In this document: positions 53,708 through 62,000 of the stretch, one piece after another
How positions within the stretch are numbered: position 1 is the first letter of the stretch
Layout of the letters: every line of letters starts with the position of its first letter
Translations under genes and position numbers: made by a program
Assembly (NCBI GenBank): GCA_964016885.1
Contig: OZ024752.1
Coordinates: forward strand, 47,120,001 to 47,184,000
Direction of reading: 5' to 3'
Length of the DNA stretch: 64,000 nucleotides
DNA from: Eledone cirrhosa
Lineage: Eukaryota
Notes under the pieces: model-generated
What the model saw: the letters and a program-made list of their open reading frames with translations, nothing else
What the model was told of the DNA's origin: nothing
Database searches by the model: none

Positions 53708-56700
53708 TAATGTAAATGCTAAAGGGTTAACACCCATTTTTCCTGATAGTAAAGGTCGGTCAGATTGTCACAGAAGATACAGTCTATCAGGCTTCTACAG
53801 TTTCTGCCTGCCAAATTTCACTCATAAGGAATTGGTCAATCTAAGGTTATAGTAAAAGACACCCAAGGTGCTGCATAGTGGAACTGGATCTGAAACCATA
53901 CAGCTGGGAACTGAACTCCTTAACCACACAACCATGCCTGAACTAATGATAATAGTTCTAAAAATAACATACCTTGTTTGCAGGCATTTCAGTAACAGGA
54001 GAGCCATTCTCGTTACGCAGGTGAGATCGCCTTATTTCATCTGCATGTAGAATCAAATGAGCTTCCATATATTTCTTAAAAGCAATACAAACATAACGAG
54101 CTATCTGTCGCATTGTATAGAGCTTGTTCTCCATCGGTTGTTCAACTGATGCATCAAAATATAAAATTGGAAGTGTGCTCACCTTTCAGAAAAAAATAGA
54201 AAGTAGGAATAAAGAAATTATACATGGCAAACATTTATAGAAAAAAATAAGCTGAGTGTTTACTCTTCTTCTTTGTCCACTGGTTTTTTTTACACTTTTG
54301 TTACCATATTTCTAATGGAAGACAATGGCCAGTGGCACCCTAGGGAGCCTAGGATTCTCAAATATTGAGCCCCGCAAGGTGGAGTGGCTGTCACTGGCCA
54401 TTGTCCGCGGGAATGTTTTTGCGGTCTTGTCTACGGGACGCAGCCCTTCTGCCCCCATGCCCAAAACCCAATCACCCCTCCCCTCTCTTCTGCGGCACTA
54501 GAGTTCTTGCCATCTCCTCACCTTCCTGTCTTTTTTTCGTTTTTTTCTCTTCCTTTTTATTATTATTATTATGGTGGATTGGCAGTATCGGTAGAGGGTC
54601 GGACGCCATGCTTTCCAGCATAGTTACGTCCCTTTGCGGTCTGAGTTCAAATCTCGCTGAGGTTAACTTTGCCTTTCATCCTTACGGGGTCGATAAAATA
54701 AAGTACCAGTAATGCACTGGGTAATTGCTGGCCTTGTGCCTAAAGTAGAAACAATTATTGTAAGTACCAGTAATACACTGGGTATTTGCTGGCCTTGTGC
54801 CTATATAAGAAACCATTATTATTGTAAGTAATACCCTAAATGAAATAATAGTTTCACTTTCTGAAAATAATCCTGAATTTTAAAGGATTTAGTGGCGCAA
54901 CTAATTTTCTCATTTATCAAAGTGTGTGGAACATAAGTTAAAGATACTGACGCGCTAATACCTCGGCCAATTCCCTGCTTTAAGTTACATCCATAAACAC
55001 AACGGTTAACTCACCACATTAATTAAACGCCGGAGCCCATCTTTCTGATCAAATAAGTCGAGAATGATCCGGAAAGCAAACGCATGATCCAAAAATATAG
55101 CAGCATGGCAACGACTAGACTCGTGTGAACACTCAAGTAACCACAACACATAGCTGAAACAGAAAGATCAAAAGGATAAAGAAATTCAAAATATGCCAAC
55201 AGCATTATTTCAACATCATTTTATGTTAAGGTGGCGAATTGGTAGCGTCATTAGAACATCGAATAGAATGCTTTGCGGCATTCGTTCTGGCTTATGATCA
55301 TAAGACTAACACCCGAACCACTAGGCCACACAGATTAGACAGGGATTACATAGCCTATTCCACTCAGACTAATTATCCAATATCTGCTTGTATGGTAGGA
55401 ACACGTCTAAAGCTCAAATCAGATTGTTTCTGTTCCCTTCTTGCACTTTTTTTTCCATTTAATTTACCTCCATATTTCTTATAAACTGTCAAAACTAGAA
55501 TGCAAGCAAACAAGATATACTCCCTGGATATTTAGGAGGACAAAGTCTCCTGACCAGTCAAGGAATTAAATCCATAAAATTGTGAGCCCAACACCTTTAC
55601 AACTTGGCCATGAGCCTTTACTACCTTGTATAGTGGAACAACATAATATATGTACCTTGTATAGTGGAACATCACACCACAACATCAGAATATAATATGT
55701 ACAGTAGAACATCACAATATAGCTTACAAAGAGCAGCACAACGAAAGAAAACTTATGATGATGATGATGTCAGTCTAGGTAATAATCTAAAGAAATGACC
55801 TAGCTTGGTTAAAGAAATCTCATCTATTTAAAGTTACCTTGGACTCTAAACACTGTCATTAATTGTTATGCCTATAAAACCAATCACAAAATAATGCCAT
55901 AGATTATTTGCTATACACACTGCAATAAATACAATCAAATATGAAGATTCTATTTGTCTCTGTTGATGTCAAACACTTACTTTACAAGTTCCGACAGAAC
56001 ATGTTCAGGGAGTAAGCAGACCTGAAAATAGATGAAAACATAATTAAAAACAATCTAGTTTAACCCTTTAGCATTTACATTACTCTATATATACTATTGT
56101 TTTCACGGTAAAGGCTTTACCTCACATAATGTTGAAGCTACAAGATGTTGATGTTATTTATTTTGAGAACAATACCATAACATCAATATGAGCAGCTGGT
56201 TATAGATAGTTTGAACAGAAAGAGGTGAGAGAATTCTGGCTGGATACAGTTGGTATAAAAGCTAAAGGGTTAAAAAAGAAGTTAAGCTGTTAAGTCTGTC
56301 CCAAGAAACAGAGTACAAGACTCCCTCTATCACAGGATTAACACTCAACTACTCCTGATGATACTAATTTTCAGCTGAGTATACTGAAGCAATGTGAAAT
56401 GGAATGATTTGATTAACACAACACATCACCCAGTCTATATATACTGTATAAATAAAATGTGTGCCCCTATTTAACATTCTTCATCCATCTACAACAATAA
56501 GTGAGAAATGTTGGGGATATGAGTTTTATTAAGTAAACTAAGTTTCAGTATAAATATATTGAGAAATAGAACATATGTAAACAAATAGCTCACACTTATG
56601 TAGGTTTAGCTGATCCCCTACATAGTTTTCTTGGATGTTTTAATAATAGGGGCTCCAGTGCCACCATGAAAAGCATAATGAAATGTTGATTGTGAATCCA

Positions 56701-58990
56701 ACACCCTAACCACTAGGTCACGTATCTTAACCAATGCTGTAAAATAAAACTATGATGTTAGATCAGACCTAAGAATGTTAGACTCACAGATGAATGTCTG
56801 GGAAAAGGCTGTATTGCCTATATATAAAATTTATTCCAGTACACAAAAATAGACAAGATCATAACTACATAACAATTGTTACGATAAAAAAAAGAAGTTG
56901 TAGTACCCTTTCCATTGTCTCTTCAAAGTAGGAAAGATAGTATATACAAAGAGAAACTCCAGTAGCAGCAATGGAAGGTCGGTGAACTTCTAAAAGACGC
57001 TGAACACCATCTGAATTTAAAAATTTGGTTGCAAACTTTTTATGGCAGATCAAAGTTGCAAGGTACTGAAAGAGAAGAAAACAAAGTAAATTGAATTCAA
57101 TTGAATTGAAATCTCTCTCTCTCTCTCTCTCTCTTACACACACAATATATATATAATTATCATCAGTTTTCCCTGTAAGCATGAGTTAAACATATACAAA
57201 ATCATGGGCAAAGGTGGTGAGAGCTGACCTCAGATCGTTGAAGCTAACGGAGGAGATGACGAAGGTCCGTGACAAGTGGAGAGATGCTGTGCTGTCCTTG
57301 CAAGCAGGGAAAAGCGGACGTATGATGATGATGACATATATAAGACCCAAAACAGATCATATGAGTTAACTGTCATAACATGACAACCCGTCTAACCTAT
57401 GCAAGCACGAAAACAGACATTAATTAAATGATGATGACATATAATCATTTCAGATATAGAGTAATTTTTTTCAGATATAAAAGTAATTTTTGCAGCTTTG
57501 TTTATTTATATTTCTAAACTTCTCAGATTGGAGACACACTTTAAAAAAATTAATTTTCATGACTCATTAAGTTACATTAGTGACAGAAAACTAAATAAAT
57601 TGATGAATAATCAATTAAATATATCATGTCATCTCAAATATACTTCATATACAAATATTGAGAAAAAAATTGATCAGATTTCAATCAGTAATAATAATAA
57701 TAAAATAACTTACTTTGAGAGCCTCAAATGCAAGACGAATATCCTTGTTCTCTCTCAAGTTGATGTAATGCATAATGAGGTCTATTGCTCTGTATTGTAT
57801 CGCAAGTCCTAGCAACTGCAAAACAGAAATGTATAGAGTTAAATATATATTAACAACAAAACAGAGAGGCTTTTCATACATTTAACATTGCATCATAAAC
57901 ATTAAATTTTTCAAAACAACTTTTAAATGACTTTTCTTTTCAGAAAATATATCTAATGTAAATGAGATTGATCTGGAGTATCGAGACTAATAATATGGAG
58001 TTTCATTACTAGTGATTAGTCACTATATTGATTTATCATAATCAATCATAAAAGAATGAGATGTTTAAGCATGAAACTTTGTCTTTTGTTTTCATTGTTC
58101 AATATATATATATATATATATCACAGATTTGATGTGATTTTTATTGTGTTAACACTGGTCTGAGGATCAGGCAGTCTTGGAGTCTGGTCTGGGGGTGCCA
58201 ACCCACATCACGAGCCAGCTGCTTAAGAAACATTTGTAACCAGGATTGAGCAATAAATCTCCTATGTAACACCTCCACTTTCTTCTTCTATATATATATA
58301 TATATCCTGATGTCTTCCAAAAGTAACGGTCGCATTTTGAAAGGGTACGTCAATGTTTATTTATAAAACTGGTATATATTGTATTTTGTCTGATGAAGGC
58401 ACACCATAATTTAACTTGGTATCCTTGAAATATGTATAATGAAATAAATATGGTTTTATAAATATAGTTTCCATTTGTTAATATCGTATATCTACTCCAA
58501 ATACTTGTCGAGTGCTTTATATCAGTTATAAAAATATTTACTTGTTGTATCCCAACAATTTAAATAGAACTTTTGCATATATATATATATATATATAAAA
58601 TATTAAAAAAATAATGAATAAAACAATGAAACAGTTCCTTATATTAAACAAAAAAAGTTCATTATTTCTGAAGACGGCATATATATGTGTTTGGTATGTA
58701 TATTTAATTTTGTATAATTTTGTACATAGATCTGTTGAATATGCATGCCAATTCTAACACATATATATATCCTAGAAACGATCGTTAAATAATGAACTTT
58801 TTTTGTTTAATATAAGGAACTGTTTCATTGTTTTATTCATTATTTTTTTAATATTTTATCTTGACTCTGTATTCCGTTTATCTTTCACCGAAAGTGATTT
58901 TTCATTGCATCTCTTCTTTCCATGATATCCGGATTACATTGAGTTCTTCATACGGATTGGACACTACCGTAAACTCTTGGTAGATTTATC

Positions 58991-59055
<65 letters not shown>

Positions 59056-62000
59056 CTCTGTAGCACGTTTAGAATACACAACGGAATCTGATGTGATGAA
59101 AGCCTACTATAAAAACAAGAACTCCCATCCCAGATCCCGGAATTATTACTTCTGGACTACATGGAGTTCTAACAATGTTATTGGCCCTACCACAGATATA
59201 TATATATATATATAAGCAAGTATTGCACCAAGGAAAATATTAACGTCGGCGTGAAGGAGATTAAGAATCAATTTGCTTTAACATATGTTTCTTTGTCTAT
59301 TATAATTGTCTACATATGTTGACTACAATATATATTGTTCAATCATATGCAATACTTAATTATTTATTACACTTCATCAGCAAGCCTATAATAGTGGAAA
59401 TGCCTATTCACTATGCAGTAGAATTCAGCAACGGAATTTTCGTTTATACTTGAATATAAGCCAAGGATTATGTGACCCCACAAAAAAAAATCAATGGTAA
59501 AAAGAAGTCACACAATGAAAGTGAACAGAAAACAACTTGGTTGTGAAGTGAACAACTAACCACACAGCCATATCTGCAACTATAACATATATACATATGA
59601 ACAATAAAATAATATGAAGTCAAGAAAAGTGGTTTAGAAATTTATTTACCTCTTGGTATTCTCCCATTGGTATGAGATAGTGTAAAATAAGTCTTTGTTT
59701 CATGGAAGCACTCATAGGATCCATACAATAAGAACCAATAACATAGGACATCATTTCAGACCAGCTACTGTTACTAGATTCTGAAGAGAAATAACAAAAA
59801 AAAAAAAAAAATCAACATTTTTATGTAAGAACCTTAACCCTTTAGCATTTACATTACTCTATATATACTATTGTACTTTCACAGTAAAAGTTTACCTTCC
59901 ATAGTTATCTCAAATAATAATGCTTCTATGAGATTTTGATATTTTTTATTCTAAGAACAATACCTTAATATCAGTTACAGCCGTGTTAAACAAAGTGGTG
60001 AGAGAATTCTGGCCAGATATGGCCAGTTTAAATGCTACAGTGTTAACCATTTGGCCATGCTTGCATCCACACCATTAGCTGCAGTTTAACAAAATGGCAC
60101 ATTAAAATCGAAGACTGCCCATAGTTAAAAAACAAACAAACTATTACTTCCAGCCAAAACATAAGCAAACAATTCTTAGCTAAGGTTTGTATGATGTTCC
60201 TACTTCTAAACATATTTCCTTTATTTAATCCCATAGCTGCCAACAAATAGCCAAATTATCTTTAAAACAAAATATTTACCTTCTTTTTGGGGGCAAAACT
60301 CTCGTCGGGTAGTAACAGCATTAGATGAATCGTAACTAAAATATGTCGGTGATAAAGATAATTTCAAAGATGGTTTTTTAATGCCATCGTTAGCTTCAGA
60401 AGAATTTTCACATATTCGCAGTTTTTTTTCTTGTATCTCTGATTTGGAAATGGTAAATGTATTTTTTCTTTTATTATCAGAAGGTGTTACAGTAGTAGAT
60501 GTAGAAGAATTAGATGGTGTAGTTTTAGGGGTACAAGGAATAGATGTAAGATTGGGCACATTAGAAGTAGTGTCTTCATCATTTGTTTTAGCAAACATAT
60601 GGAAGTGAGATTTTTCCTTGGTGCTGTTATCACTAGCTTTCTGTTTTTCAGTGGTATCTACAAGAGGTTCTTTGGATGATTCAGATCTTAGTTTGTGCAA
60701 TTTATTTAACAGCTGGGCAACCTGAAATAAAATAAAATAAATATATAAGTAATAAACTAATACAACCAATCTAATTTGTTTAGCAAATAACTTGATCTAA
60801 GACTGTGTTGAAACTAGGAAGAATTAGATGTACTGCCATACTTTAAAACAGGATAAGTTGGAGAATCTTGTTTTCTTTGTATGTTCTATTTTTGGCATAG
60901 TGTTTCTATGGTTGGATGCCCTTCCTAATACCATTTTAGAAAATGCATTGGATGTTTTTAATAGTGGCATCAATATTACTGAGATGACAGGGTGCTTTTT
61001 ATTTTAGCACCAACACTACTAATTTACAGAGTCTACTAGGTTTTCTTTAATGTGGCACCAGCACTAGTAAGGTTGTTATGTCATTTGAAAAATAATTCTG
61101 AAGGAATAAAATCAACCAGAAGGTAACATTCTTAGATTATTCCAGAATTACATTATTAGCTAAAGAATTTAAACCAAAGGCTAATTTCTTATGATGAAAT
61201 TGAAAATAAAATTATTTAATAAAATATTCAATTATTCAAAACAGTATTTCCTAAATTAAATTATAAACACTTGTATTAAAGCTATGTAGTTTATATGAAA
61301 TATTGGGTCAGGATTGTTTTATGAAACCCAATACAATGCAAGTTAGAAATACAAGAATGAAAACTAAAAGTAAGACAAACAAAACAACACTTTACACTTT
61401 TACCTTATATTTCATAATATTTTGGTGTGATGAGCTTACCATCATCATACTTCATTCCCTTCTTTTGAAAAAGGGGGTCATAAGCCTGAAATAATAGGTA
61501 AAAAATGTGAAATATTGTTTTGTTTGTCTTACTTTACTCTAGTTTTCCTTCTTGTCTTGTACTGTATTAGCTTTCCCAAAATTAATCCCAATTGTATTGA
61601 AAAAAAAAAAAAAAAAATACCAAGACAGCGTTTTCATCCTTAAAATTTGAAGCAACGTCTTGTAATTCCATTGCTAGTGCTAACAATCCTACAGCATAGT
61701 AGCATAAAGGATCTTCATCTGTTGAAGCCCACTGGAAGAGGCGAGTCACAAGGCCTTCCTAGATAGACAGAAAAGAAAATTCAATAAAAAATAATTCTGT
61801 AAGAGATCTATGAGTTTCTTACAAATATACGATTTATTATGAAGTAGTAATGGGAAATTATAATTTTTTCTATTATATGAACTATTCTATATAAATGTAG
61901 TAATACTTTTGATTGGTGTAAACTAAGTGAGAACCTAAGAGTCGCTTCACTTCTCCCTTTCTTCACTACACAACTCCCCAAGCTCATTTCATCCTCTACA

